From Candidatus Babeliales bacterium (GTDB taxonomy: Bacteria > Babelota > Babeliae > Babelales > RVW-14): DNA of 64,000 bases. The notes beneath the pieces were generated by a model. It worked only from the letters and a program-made list of their open reading frames with translations. It did no database searches and was not told the origin of the DNA. A program made the translations under genes and the position numbers. Where the stretch lies: NCBI GenBank assembly GCA_041662445.1, contig JBAZSL010000008.1, positions 5,503 through 69,502 of the forward strand, read 5' to 3'. Positions 7,253 through 17,647 of the stretch are shown here, in pieces (the stretch's first letter is position 1; each line of letters opens with the position of its first letter).

Positions 7253-8176
7253 ATGGGGCCTATGGAAAAAATGTCTACTATTACAGTAACTGATGCGGGT
7301 TGTGTGGGAACCCGAATCGATAAATTTTTGGCGACCCAGTACCCTGAATGTTCACGTTCGTACCTCAAGACGCTTATCGATGATGGCCTTGTGCTCGTCA
7401 ACAATATCCCCTGTAAGGGCAGCTATGCGGTCAAAATGGGCGATGTTCTGACGATAACATTCAGGAGCAAGCAGATTGATCTTGTGCCGATGCCAGTGGA
7501 TTTTGACATTATTGCGATGCATCCAGATTTTATTATCATCAACAAGCCAGCTGGTCTTACCGTTCATCCTGCGCCATCTTCGCCTGGGGAAGTAACCTTG
7601 GTTCATGGCCTTTTGCATCGTTTTGCTGAGATGCAAGCATTTGCATCTGATGAGCGCCCTGGCATTGTACACCGTCTTGATAAGGACACCTCAGGGTTAT
7701 TAGTTATTGCACGTAATCCTCAGGCGCAAGCAGCATTATCGGCGTTATTCAAACAGCATAAAATGCATAAAAAGTATCTTGCGGTGGTCCATAAACATCC
7801 TGATCGTACCGGATCGATTGATCTTCCAATTGGAAGGCATGCTCACGAGCGACACAAGATGGGGGTGTTTGGTATTGGAGCACGGACTGCGCTTTCTCAT
7901 TATCGTACCCTTGCCTATTATGCTGCGCATTCGCTTGTGGAAGTTGCTATTGTAACGGGTCGTACGCATCAAATCAGAGTGCATATGGCAACACTTGGTC
8001 ATCCGATAGTAGGTGACGGCGTTTATGGCGCTACTTCGTCACTGATTAAGCGACAGGCTCTGCATTCGTGGCAATTGACGTTTGAATATCAGGGTAAAAG
8101 CCATCATTATACCTGTTCTCTTCCTGATGATATTAAACGTGTTGTGCAGGTACTTAGATGTCAGAATGTGCGGTAA
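7253..8176 (+). CDS. rluD: RluA/RluD-family 23S rRNA pseudouridine synthase
   Basis: S4-like N-terminus, the catalytic motif HRLDKDTSGLLV, and GRTHQIRVH. The start could instead be one of the nearby in-frame ATGs (7262, 7274). Confidence 0.85.
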   Translation: MGPMEKMSTITVTDAGCVGTRIDKFLATQYPECSRSYLKTLIDDGLVLVNNIPCKGSYAVKMGDVLTITFRSKQIDLVPMPVDFDIIAMHPDFIIINKPAGLTVHPAPSSPGEVTLVHGLLHRFAEMQAFASDERPGIVHRLDKDTSGLLVIARNPQAQAALSALFKQHKMHKKYLAVVHKHPDRTGSIDLPIGRHAHERHKMGVFGIGARTALSHYRTLAYYAAHSLVEVAIVTGRTHQIRVHMATLGHPIVGDGVYGATSSLIKRQALHSWQLTFEYQGKSHHYTCSLPDDIKRVVQVLRCQNVR

Positions 8177-8253
8177 AAAGCAGAATCTTTGTTTGACAAT
8201 TGTACCAGGCAACCTATACTCAGCGATGTAATTTTCTTTTAAATCGCTTTTGA

Positions 8254-8330
<77 letters not shown>

Positions 8331-8364
8331 AAATTCTTTCAAAATTTAATCAAATCTAATCGAA

Positions 8365-9303
8365 TCAGAGTTTAAAAGCCCCAGAAAATTTGCCCTTTTT
8401 GAGCATGGCGATTTTGCCTTGCATGATGAGCATTTCTCGATCGAGTGTCGTAAGGTATTCAATCATGTCATCGGCAAATTTTGGATGACGGAGCGCCAAG
8501 TCAATATTGGCTTTTAAGAGTCCGAGTGGAGTGCCGATGTCATAACGCGTTCCTTGGACTTTATAGGCAAAAACTTTTTCGCCAGAGAGCAATAATGTTT
8601 GTATTGCATCGGTGAGTTGTACTTCGCCTCCTGCTCCAATTCTCATTTCATCCAGAGCTTGGAATATACTGTGAGAGAGTACATATCGTCCGATAATAGC
8701 AAGATTAGATGGCGCATCGGTGGGTCGTGGTTTTTCGACCAGTTCTTTAACTTGAAAAAGGTTGGGAGAAAACTGTTTGCGAATACCAATGACGCCGTAA
8801 TTTTGTACGGTTCCGATCGGAACTTCTTGTACAGCAACGACATTACATCGTTCTTGAATAGCGATTTGGATCAGTTGCGCCATGCATGGTGTTGAACCAA
8901 CAATAATATCATCCGGGAGAAAGACCGCGATGTGTTCTTTGCCGACGGTATGGCGGGCGGTCCAGACAGCGTGTCCCAGTCCCAGGGGCTCGCGCTGGCG
9001 CAAATAAATAAAATTTGCAGTATTAATTATTCTGTTTACGCCATCCAGAATATCTTCTTTTTTACGCGCACGTAAAAAATTTTCAAGCTCCGGATACGTG
9101 TCAAAATGGTCTTCGATAGCGCTTTTATTTTTTCCGGTAACAACAATAAATGTTTTGATGTTTGACTGAATTCCCTCTTCGACGATGTATTGAATTGCTG
9201 GCTTTTCAAGGAGGGGGAGCATCTCCTTGGGAGTTGTTTTGGTTGCGGGAAGAAAGCGAGTTCCAAGTCCACCCGCTGGAATTATTGCTTTGGTAATCAT
9301 CAC
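8365..9303 (-). CDS. galU: UTP--glucose-1-phosphate uridylyltransferase
   Basis: KAIIPAGGLGTRFLPATKTTPKEMLP is the GalU signature. 312 aa. Confidence 0.9.
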   Translation of the reverse strand: MMITKAIIPAGGLGTRFLPATKTTPKEMLPLLEKPAIQYIVEEGIQSNIKTFIVVTGKNKSAIEDHFDTYPELENFLRARKKEDILDGVNRIINTANFIYLRQREPLGLGHAVWTARHTVGKEHIAVFLPDDIIVGSTPCMAQLIQIAIQERCNVVAVQEVPIGTVQNYGVIGIRKQFSPNLFQVKELVEKPRPTDAPSNLAIIGRYVLSHSIFQALDEMRIGAGGEVQLTDAIQTLLLSGEKVFAYKVQGTRYDIGTPLGLLKANIDLALRHPKFADDMIEYLTTLDREMLIMQGKIAMLKKGKFSGAFKL

Positions 9304-9333
9304 TCTCTCCTTTTTGATGTCCCGATGCAGTTA

Positions 9334-10368
9334 TCAGAACTGTTCTAGAAATTTTAGCTTCCCGCTATGGAAAAGACGGACGTCATCAATGCCATAATGA
9401 AGCATGGCTAATCGTGTTAATCCAAAGCCAAAGGCAAACCCTGAGTACGTTGAGGCATCAATATTACACGCCTTAAGAACATTGGGATGGATGAGACCGC
9501 CAGGAAAAATTTCAATCCAGGTTGATTGTTTACATACTGAACATCCGCTTTTGCAAAATACACAACGCATATCGAATTCAAATCCCGGTTCAACAAACGG
9601 AAAGAATCCAGGACGAATGCGAATATCAAGCGAATTTTTTTGAAAAAGTGCTCTCAAAAATGTTTGAATTGTGGCAAAAAGATGCGCAACCGTAACATTT
9701 TTATCGACTAATAACCCTTCGCACTGCATAAACATAAAGTCATGCGAGGCATCAACGGCTTCGTGCCGAAATGTTCTTCCGGGGGCGATTCCTGCGAGAG
9801 GTGGCTTTCGGTTCTGAAGCATGCGGACTTGAACGGGTGATGTGTGCGTGCGAAGGAGTTGTCCTTCTCGATCGGTCCAAAAAGTGTCATACATGTCGCG
9901 TGCTGGATGATCGGCCGGAATATTGAGCGCGGTAAAATTGTTGAACTCTGTTTCCAGTTCTGGGCCATCCCAAATCTCGTATCCCATTGAAAGAAAAATA
10001 TTTTGAATCTCTGTGATAAAGAGCGAATAAGGGTGGAGATGTCCCGCTTGTTTGTTGGGTGCATAGGCGGTGACGTCAAAATGCTGCAACTGTTTAAGAG
10101 CCGATATATTTTGTTGAGCGACAAGCTCTTTTTTGCGCGTGGTAATTGCATTGTCAGCTTCTTGCTTGAGCGCTTGAATCAGCGGTCCCATTTCTTTTTT
10201 TTCTTCAAGTGAAAGATTTTTGAGCTCTGAAAGAAGCTCAGTAATACTGCCTTTTTTACCAATAAATGATAAACGCAGTGCCTCGAGTTCTTTGTCATTG
10301 GTTGCTTTGGCAAGAAGTTGTGCAAGTTCAGATGATAATCTTATAATTTTTTCTTTTAAATTAGACAT
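9334..10368 (-). CDS. pheS: phenylalanine--tRNA ligase alpha subunit
   Basis: 344 aa with class II motifs (RTHTSPVQVR, FRHEAVDASH, FPFVEPGFE, GFAFGFGLTRLAM). Confidence 0.9.
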   Translation of the reverse strand: MSNLKEKIIRLSSELAQLLAKATNDKELEALRLSFIGKKGSITELLSELKNLSLEEKKEMGPLIQALKQEADNAITTRKKELVAQQNISALKQLQHFDVTAYAPNKQAGHLHPYSLFITEIQNIFLSMGYEIWDGPELETEFNNFTALNIPADHPARDMYDTFWTDREGQLLRTHTSPVQVRMLQNRKPPLAGIAPGRTFRHEAVDASHDFMFMQCEGLLVDKNVTVAHLFATIQTFLRALFQKNSLDIRIRPGFFPFVEPGFEFDMRCVFCKSGCSVCKQSTWIEIFPGGLIHPNVLKACNIDASTYSGFAFGFGLTRLAMLHYGIDDVRLFHSGKLKFLEQF

Positions 10369-10484
10369 GGCACCACCGGCTAAAGTTGGCTGATAAACAC
10401 GTATCCAGCGTATATGAGCTGGCTAACATCTTAACACGGTTTACTGTTTTTACTAGTAGAGTCAGATCTAACATATTGACTATA

Positions 10485-11549
10485 TTATCTGATTTTAAGT
10501 GTGAGAATGGCGACCAAGGAAAGAATAATTGAGACGATCCAAAACCTGATGGTGATTTTTGTTTCCGGCCAACCAAGAAGTTCAAAATGATGGTGAATAG
10601 GTGCCATTTTAAAAATACGGCGCCCTCTGAGTTTGAATGATGCCACCTGGAGCATGACCGAAACCGTTTCAAGCACAAAAATACCACCAGCGATGAGCAA
10701 GAGAAGCTCCTGTCTGGACATCAAAGCGATAAGGCCCAATCCGGCACCAAGTGGAAGCGACCCAACATCGCCCATAAAAATTTGCGCCGGGTGCGAGTTG
10801 TACCACAAAAAGCCTAGAAGCGCGCCTATAAGTGTGGCTGCCAAAATAACCAATTCTGCGCTTCCCGCGTAGGGTATAAAAAGATACGCCGCCAATTTTT
10901 TGTGTCCTGCAAGATAGGCAATTATGGCAAACGACGAAAAGTTGCACAGGAGCGGTCCCGTTGCCAGACCATCAAGACCATCAGTTAAATTCACCGCATT
11001 GCTCGCAGCAATCATAATAAATGCTGCCCATGGAATGAGGAGGATCCCAATGTCGGGCATAAAATTTTTAAAGAAAGGGATACAGAGTCGTGTGTCTGGG
11101 GCGTCGATAAAATACCACAACGAAGCAACAAGGAGTGCGAGCCCGATCTGTAGTTTGAATTTAAGTTGAGCACTGATACCTTTACTGCGTCGAATTTTGT
11201 ACCAATCATCAAGAAAACCGATAGTGCCAAATCCGACCATGCAGAGTAAAAAGATCCAGACTTTTGCACGTGCAAGATTGTTCCACAAAAAACTATTGAC
11301 CAAAAAGATCAACAATACAAAAAGCCCACCCATTGTTGGGGTATCATTTTTAGTTTGATGAGTTTCTGGCGTCCAGTCTCTCACCTTTGATCTAAAATTG
11401 TTTTGGCAAAATGTTATAAATCGACTTCCAAATGCAAATGAGAAAAAGAGTGATGTGAGAAGTGCTCCAATGCTGCGTACACTTACATAGTGGAAAAGAT
11501 TGAAGAATGAATGGTTCTCGCGTAACAAGTTGGCAAGATGGTAAATCAT
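10485..11549 (-). CDS. mraY: phospho-N-acetylmuramoyl-pentapeptide transferase
   Basis: 354 aa, polytopic. Motifs NAVNLTDGLDGLA and APIHHHFE. Confidence 0.92.
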   Translation of the reverse strand: MIYHLANLLRENHSFFNLFHYVSVRSIGALLTSLFFSFAFGSRFITFCQNNFRSKVRDWTPETHQTKNDTPTMGGLFVLLIFLVNSFLWNNLARAKVWIFLLCMVGFGTIGFLDDWYKIRRSKGISAQLKFKLQIGLALLVASLWYFIDAPDTRLCIPFFKNFMPDIGILLIPWAAFIMIAASNAVNLTDGLDGLATGPLLCNFSSFAIIAYLAGHKKLAAYLFIPYAGSAELVILAATLIGALLGFLWYNSHPAQIFMGDVGSLPLGAGLGLIALMSRQELLLLIAGGIFVLETVSVMLQVASFKLRGRRIFKMAPIHHHFELLGWPETKITIRFWIVSIILSLVAILTLKIR

Positions 11550-11616
11550 AGCTTTTATCCTTCGACTAAAACATCAAAAGTATAGCACGAAGGTATGTTT
11601 TTCAATGCTTTTTAAA

Positions 11617-12714
11617 TTAGATAGTACTGTTCTCTGCAGCATTTGCGCCAGCTGGTACTGCTGAGTTTTTCATATTATCAAGCAGCATTTGCAAAATTGA
11701 TGGGCCACACTTTGTCACAATCGGCTGAAGTATTTTTAACTTAACTATGTTAGTTAACCAATTGCCTGAATAAACGTTACTGACGAATTGATGAACGAGC
11801 TGTTCCGTGTCGGTCTCATGGTTAGTTTTTGCAACTTTAAGTGCTTCCTGCAGAAGCATAAGATTCTGGTATGCACTGGTAAGAGCAAACATGAGCGTTC
11901 GAATTGCCGTGATTGATGGCAGCAGTGTTGCTGTGGGTGGTCTTTGTTCGATTTCGTATATTTTATCGGCATAGCCACCAAGGAGTTCCTTTGCTTTGGC
12001 AATAAGTTTCTCGGTGTTTACAGCGTCTTTTATGATGGATGCTTTTTCATATTCTGTCATGAACACGAGATATTCGTCCGCTAAGTTTGGTGCGATAGCA
12101 CAAAGGTCAACATCAAATGCCTTACGTGATAAACGAGACTTCCAGGTAAACCACCACCACTTGAAGGATTTTTTGGCGATGGTGCGAATAAGCGTGTTGA
12201 TAGTCGTGTGGTCTATGACGCAAGGTTGGGCGTGTTGCGGCATCGACATGTGTGCCATGTGTTGAAGCCACCCAAAAAGATATGCGTATACCGTTCCAAG
12301 AATGCGACGATGCTCGTGTGAGCCGATATTAATGCCGATGGTATCGTGAGAATTAGTGGTATCGATGGTCAAGAACTGCAGTTTGAGACGTGTCTGCTTT
12401 GTGGCTTGCAAAAATTCCTGGAGAAGAAAATTGTGGCGTATGAGCCCGTGAACATCACCTAGGTCACCGTGCCGTAACCCTGCTTTTTTCGTCGATTCCC
12501 AGAAAGCGATGATGTGTTGAAGATTTTCATCAAGGACTGCTTCGCGTATCAATGTCTTTGAAAAATCGGCAACAAGCGATTCTATCTGCGCAACGAGTTC
12601 TGTGTGTAACTCCTTAAGCCTGGCTATGGAGGGGGCAGCCTGAGTGTTCTCTGCGCACATAGTGGCGCCGCATACTACAAATACTACAGCGGGCAAAATG
12701 TATCTGAGCTTCAT
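11617..12714 (-). CDS. hypothetical secreted protein
   Basis: 365 aa. Signal peptide MKLRYILPAVVFVVCGATMCA. No recognised domain. It lies 9 nt downstream of the preceding gene. Confidence 0.6.
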   Translation of the reverse strand: MKLRYILPAVVFVVCGATMCAENTQAAPSIARLKELHTELVAQIESLVADFSKTLIREAVLDENLQHIIAFWESTKKAGLRHGDLGDVHGLIRHNFLLQEFLQATKQTRLKLQFLTIDTTNSHDTIGINIGSHEHRRILGTVYAYLFGWLQHMAHMSMPQHAQPCVIDHTTINTLIRTIAKKSFKWWWFTWKSRLSRKAFDVDLCAIAPNLADEYLVFMTEYEKASIIKDAVNTEKLIAKAKELLGGYADKIYEIEQRPPTATLLPSITAIRTLMFALTSAYQNLMLLQEALKVAKTNHETDTEQLVHQFVSNVYSGNWLTNIVKLKILQPIVTKCGPSILQMLLDNMKNSAVPAGANAAENSTI

Positions 12715-12723
12715 GACGTGCCG

Positions 12724-14886
12724 TTACGACTGTGCTGCTCGGTCAAATGCAGGCAAAAATTCTGGCAGATAATTTGCAATTGCATAACGGAAGGTGCGTG
12801 AAAATCTGCGGATATGTAAAGACTTACTCATGATGTATTCCATTACGTTAAACAATTTTTGCTTAAGCGGTGCATAGGCTGGATTGTTTTCGTTAAAGTC
12901 ACGTAACATTTCCTGGAACTCAACGCCACTGACGATAAGCCCAAGGTCATGAGTTGTGGCAGAATTTTGTGATAGCGATTCGCTTCTGAGCGAGATAATT
13001 TTTTGTTGCAACTCTTCAGTATAGGTTATGTATTGCGGTTGAGTTATGCGTGTGTAATAGAGGCGTGCAAGCTCACGCTGCTCTTCGGGAAGAGCTTCTA
13101 TGCGAGCTTTTTCGATGGCAAGGTGCTGATCGAGTAATTCAATTTCATTCTGATACAATTGTGCACGTTGCGTAGCAAGTTTGTCTTGTGATGGTCTTTG
13201 TGCCTCTATGCGGTTTTCGAGTAGTGCAATTTTTTGGCGAAGATTAACGGGTACTTCTTCACCGATTGTTTCAAACTCGGTGGCCATTGATTGCAACTTT
13301 TCAAGTTCTTTAACAAGTTCTGGGTCCTCTAATCCGCAGTCGTGCATTTCTGTAACAGCGGCAGCGCGAAGCTGCTCAATCTCTGCCAGCTCATGTTCGA
13401 GCGCTTCATGTTCTTGGCGTGCAATCGCTATTTTTTCGTTAATAGCTGTAGCATTTTGGCCGAGCTGAAGTGCATGGGCATAGACGTCATACGTTGTTTG
13501 TGCCTTGTTGAGCGCGATAAGCAGTTCTTGCTTGCGTAAATCTAATCTTTTAATAGGGGATTCAGTTTTATCAGTTAGCCCATGGCTGCCGCGATTCTCA
13601 ACCTTTTTTTCACTAGCTGCGAGCCCTCTTTCAATACGTTTTACCGATTCTTTTCCAGCGCTACTTTGTAAAAATGCTTGAAGGCGCAATTGTCGCTTGG
13701 TGCCTTGGGCACAACGGTCTTGATGCTTTTTAGCCGCATCAGGATTACTTCTTAAATAGGCGGCATGAATAGCGGTATATTCAGCAATTGCCCGCGCTAG
13801 AATAAGGGCACTCATTTTGACTGAATCAATAAGTTCAAGTTGATCGGTGACGCAGGCAACCCAATGGTGGCCATGTGTGTCTTCCGCTTTAATAAATTGT
13901 GGGAACGTTGATACTTTTTGTGCCGCATCGCTGAGTTCTTTTGGAATTCGTGATGTTGAAAAAGCAGTGCCCATTGACGTGAATCTGAGAACGCTCTTAC
14001 CCGTCATAAACTCTTGAGCGGTATAACGTTGCTGTAATGTAGCCAGGTAGAGAGTTGCCGCTGAATCTGTTGCTACTGGTATGGCATAAACCGTACGTGG
14101 ACAAAGACGTGCAAATTGTGCTGGATCAAGAGTAATCGTTTTATCTTTCAATCCCATCCAAAGCGTGTCGATAATTTCTATTACGTAAGGAATGGTCTCA
14201 TTGATAAAATCACGTAGAGGTGCTGGAATATGTTGGGAAATTGTTATGGATTCGAGGCCAGGATTGTCGGCAAGACTTAATTTAATAAGAAGCCGTAAAA
14301 TCTCGTTACCCAACGCGAATGGATCCATGGCGTGATGTTGTTGGTAAGTTTGAGCAAGTATGAAAAGTTTGAGATAAAAAAGCCTTGCCGGTGTGAGATG
14401 CGCTTGGGTTATCCAACGTAGTAAAGGAAGTTGTGCAACATGTTGAGCAAGAGCATCTTGTGCAAGTGCGGCTCCGAGTTCTTTAAGGCTGAAGATTTGT
14501 GCAGTCTCGCCTGGTTGAGGCAATATGGGACGTAGTTGAACTGGTATTTGAGGCATAGGCGAAAATATATCTTCTGACCCACTAAAACCCCAGTTAATAA
14601 CCAGTTCTTGATTAAGTTGTGGAATAGATACAACGATTTCACGTGCTGTATGATAATTTAATCGTCGTATATCAGTGGTAAGCTTTTTCGCAAAGTCGGT
14701 GATGATGCCAAGATCAATGGTCTTCGGTGATTCTGATTCACCTGGCTCTTGAAGAGATAGAGCAGCTCCTGGTTCTTGAGCAGCACTGTCGCCTACTGCA
14801 CGAGCGAATGTTACGAACAATGACAGCACGATACACGAATAGGCGAAAAATTTATACGAATAGATTGTCGATGATCTCTGCAACAT
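12724..14886 (-). CDS. hypothetical membrane-anchored or secreted coiled-coil protein
   Basis: The track ORF starts at a TTG (14907). I prefer the ATG at 14886, preceded by GGGAGGGG. It has an N-terminal hydrophobic segment and a long heptad-like region rich in E, L and Q in the C-terminal half. Confidence 0.6.
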   Translation of the reverse strand: MLQRSSTIYSYKFFAYSCIVLSLFVTFARAVGDSAAQEPGAALSLQEPGESESPKTIDLGIITDFAKKLTTDIRRLNYHTAREIVVSIPQLNQELVINWGFSGSEDIFSPMPQIPVQLRPILPQPGETAQIFSLKELGAALAQDALAQHVAQLPLLRWITQAHLTPARLFYLKLFILAQTYQQHHAMDPFALGNEILRLLIKLSLADNPGLESITISQHIPAPLRDFINETIPYVIEIIDTLWMGLKDKTITLDPAQFARLCPRTVYAIPVATDSAATLYLATLQQRYTAQEFMTGKSVLRFTSMGTAFSTSRIPKELSDAAQKVSTFPQFIKAEDTHGHHWVACVTDQLELIDSVKMSALILARAIAEYTAIHAAYLRSNPDAAKKHQDRCAQGTKRQLRLQAFLQSSAGKESVKRIERGLAASEKKVENRGSHGLTDKTESPIKRLDLRKQELLIALNKAQTTYDVYAHALQLGQNATAINEKIAIARQEHEALEHELAEIEQLRAAAVTEMHDCGLEDPELVKELEKLQSMATEFETIGEEVPVNLRQKIALLENRIEAQRPSQDKLATQRAQLYQNEIELLDQHLAIEKARIEALPEEQRELARLYYTRITQPQYITYTEELQQKIISLRSESLSQNSATTHDLGLIVSGVEFQEMLRDFNENNPAYAPLKQKLFNVMEYIMSKSLHIRRFSRTFRYAIANYLPEFLPAFDRAAQS

Positions 14887-15098
14887 AGTACCCCTCCCAC
14901 AAGGCAATTTATATAGCTGTATAAAACGAGAATCGGTGGGAGCATAGCATGAAAGTTGACAGAACGCAAATAGATTCCTAGGAGCTCAATGCTTGCTGGG
15001 ACGGTGTAATTAAATATAATATTTCTATTAATCAAGTTGGTTGACAAGGATGGAGAGCTCGTCAAACTGAGTCGCATTACCCGGGGTCAAGAATTGTT

Positions 15099-17204
15099 AT
15101 GGCAATGGCATTAAAACGACTTGTTTACATTATATTGAGCTGTCTTGGTGTAGTGGCAACGATATGGTTGGAGCTTTTTGTTCAGCGCAAGCAGCATCTT
15201 ATTGGCGGTGGCGTCAATAGGCCCTTCTTATTTTTGCTTATCAATGTCCACGTTGTCATTGTGGTGGTACTTCTTTACATCATCATTCGACAGAGCATTA
15301 AGCTTTTCTCAGAGCGGACCAAAGGGTCAGCCGGAAGTGTTTTTAGAAGTAATTTAGCCTTTGCCTTTATTCTGCTTTCAGTAACGCCATCGTTTTTTGT
15401 TTTTTTCTCAGCAGGAAAGTTTATTACCAAAAGCATTGATCGATGGTTTCAGGCGCGTCTTGCGCGTGGTTTTGAGCATGCGCTCGACCTTCACCGCCAA
15501 CATACGCATATGCTTCGCAATGATCTTATACGTTATGGGCAAGGCCTTACGCTGTCGAATGCATATAAGCCACATCCTCCCTACACGGTGTATATTTGGA
15601 CGTTGCCGGGTCTAACTGGTCCGCTTGGTTCATTGCGTGACGAAGTTAAACAGTGGCGCGTGTTTCGTGTATCAAATGACCGTACCATGAAAAGCCTCAA
15701 GGAGCGATTTCTCCAAAAGATTGCCACGGCTTCACGTCAGGGTGAAGCATTTGATTTTTATGGTTCACTTTATTTTGTACGACGCGTTGATGGCACCTTT
15801 TATATTGCTATCTACCGTTATGCCGACAGTGTGCGACAGTCGCTCATCGGACTGCAGAACTCGATTGATGATTACCGCCACTTATATGGAATGCGTGATT
15901 CGATTTACACCAATTATACGTTTACCTTTTTTGCCGTTGCGCTTTTAGTGCTCTTCCTTTCCCTCTGGTGCGCCTTCTATCTTGCCCGTGGTATGAGCAA
16001 GCCTATACAAGAACTTCTTGATGCGACCGAAAAGGTTGAGCAAGGGTGTTGGGATGTACAGGTTCCCATTGATCGTTCAAATGATCTATATTCTCTTGCC
16101 AGCGGATTTAATAAAATGGCGAAGGCTGTTCGTCGTGCACATGCCCAGTTGGAGCTTAAGCATAAAGAGATGCTCGCGATACTTGAAAACCTATCGGGTG
16201 CCGTTTTTTGGGTAAACAATGTAGGGCGTATTATTTTTTGTAATGCGGCTGCGCAACGCCTTTTAAGCGAGATTGCCCCTTCTGTCGATATTCGTAATAA
16301 ACGTATTTGGGTCCTCGGAAGCTCAATTAGAGCAAAATTTTTAGGTATTGCACGGGAACTTGTGGCATCTGGTAAAAATCAAATAAGCAAAGAGATAGAG
16401 CTTCCACTTGAGCATGAAAAAAGGACCTTCTTTGTTTTTGGGCGGGTACTCGTACGGAGTAATCCTGATGAAGCGGCCACGCGTAGTCTGCTTATTGTTA
16501 TTGAAGATCTCACTGATATTGTAAAAAACAACAGGCTTAAAACTTGGCAGGAGGCGGCAAAGCAGCTTGCCCATGAAATTAAGAATCCTTTAACGCCTAT
16601 TCAGCTTGCCACCCAGAGACTGCAAAGAAAATTTGCTACCTCTACGCATGACGATTCTGTGATATTGACATGTACAACCACCATATTGCAGCAAGTTCAA
16701 ATTATTAGAGATCTTGTTTCGCATTTTTCGCTCTTTGCTTCAATGCCGGCACTCTGTGTTGAAGATGTGAACATCTCCCAGCTTGTTGAGGAGTTGGCGT
16801 GTCTGTATCGCGTAAGTTATCCGGATGTTGGTATAACGTGTTCTCTTTCAGCTTCCGAGATAGTGGTGAAAACTGATCGCACAAAGATGCGACGAGTATT
16901 GGTGAATTTACTCGATAACAGTGTTCGTGCTCTGATGCGCCATGACGGGAGTGGCAAAAAAATTGTTATTACGGTTACCTATGATGGAGCTCGCTCTCGG
17001 CTGGATATTATTTTCTCAGATAATGGTCCTGGCATTGCGCAATCAGTTAAAGATATATTGTTTCTTCCCTACGTTTCTACCGAACAAAAGAACATGGGAC
17101 TTGGGCTAGCGATCGTACATGACATTATAAAGCAGATGGGGGGTACGATATCGCTTGTCTCTGTCAAGGAAGGGGCCACCTTTCACATCGTTTTACCTCT
17201 ATAG
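15099..17204 (+). CDS. ntrY: NtrY-type sensor histidine kinase (TM, HAMP, PAS, HisKA, HATPase)
   Basis: H-box AHEIKNPLTPIQLATQRLQRK, N-box LLDNSVRA, and G-boxes DNGPGI and GLGLAIV. Several N-terminal TM segments. No response regulator is adjacent. Confidence 0.8.
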   Translation: MAMALKRLVYIILSCLGVVATIWLELFVQRKQHLIGGGVNRPFLFLLINVHVVIVVVLLYIIIRQSIKLFSERTKGSAGSVFRSNLAFAFILLSVTPSFFVFFSAGKFITKSIDRWFQARLARGFEHALDLHRQHTHMLRNDLIRYGQGLTLSNAYKPHPPYTVYIWTLPGLTGPLGSLRDEVKQWRVFRVSNDRTMKSLKERFLQKIATASRQGEAFDFYGSLYFVRRVDGTFYIAIYRYADSVRQSLIGLQNSIDDYRHLYGMRDSIYTNYTFTFFAVALLVLFLSLWCAFYLARGMSKPIQELLDATEKVEQGCWDVQVPIDRSNDLYSLASGFNKMAKAVRRAHAQLELKHKEMLAILENLSGAVFWVNNVGRIIFCNAAAQRLLSEIAPSVDIRNKRIWVLGSSIRAKFLGIARELVASGKNQISKEIELPLEHEKRTFFVFGRVLVRSNPDEAATRSLLIVIEDLTDIVKNNRLKTWQEAAKQLAHEIKNPLTPIQLATQRLQRKFATSTHDDSVILTCTTTILQQVQIIRDLVSHFSLFASMPALCVEDVNISQLVEELACLYRVSYPDVGITCSLSASEIVVKTDRTKMRRVLVNLLDNSVRALMRHDGSGKKIVITVTYDGARSRLDIIFSDNGPGIAQSVKDILFLPYVSTEQKNMGLGLAIVHDIIKQMGGTISLVSVKEGATFHIVLPL

Positions 17205-17321
17205 AAAATGATATTCAGTAGGGAGACATCAAAAAAATTTGATTTTTCCCAATCTTTTTTCTAATGTAGGGGGGTGTTGAGAACATTTTTTACAGTGAGT
17301 TTTTTATCAGGAGATAGATTT

Positions 17322-17576
17322 ATGCAGAAGCATGTGCTTCTTAACGCCTTGGGCGTAGCTACGTTGTCATTGTTTTGTGCCTGCACAATGATGGATAAAA
17401 AAGAAGAGGCTAAGCCAGTTGAGCCAACACCAATGGCAGAAGCCGCTCAGGTTCCTGCTGATGTTGCAGCACAACCAGAGGCTCCTGTAGCAGCTCCTCA
17501 AGAAGTTGCGCAAGCCTCAACTCCAGCTCCTGTGCAAGCTGAACAAGCTCCAGTAGCCGCAGAGGCAAAAGCTTAA
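17322..17576 (+). CDS. small Pro/Ala-rich probable lipoprotein
   Basis: ATG at 17322 preceded by AGGAGA. MQKHVLLNALGVATLSLFCAC... is followed by a low-complexity tail rich in P, A, Q and E. Confidence 0.5.
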   Translation: MQKHVLLNALGVATLSLFCACTMMDKKEEAKPVEPTPMAEAAQVPADVAAQPEAPVAAPQEVAQASTPAPVQAEQAPVAAEAKA

Positions 17577-17600
17577 TATTTAAAAAAAGCTTTTTCATAC

Positions 17601-17628
17601 AGAAGGGCACCGAATTCGGTGCCCTTCT
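17601..17628. terminator. perfect hairpin between convergent genes (possible bidirectional terminator)
   Basis: AGAAGGGCACCG-aatt-CGGTGCCCTTCT, a 12-bp stem. The T/A runs are on the flank at 17582..17596. Confidence 0.5.
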
Positions 17629-17647
17629 TGCTTGATATCAACATATG

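Noticed and set aside
10361-10687. 108-aa ORF bridging the pheS start and the mraY end
   Set aside because: It is in an alternate frame over the mraY 3' end and the intergenic region, with no motif or RBS.
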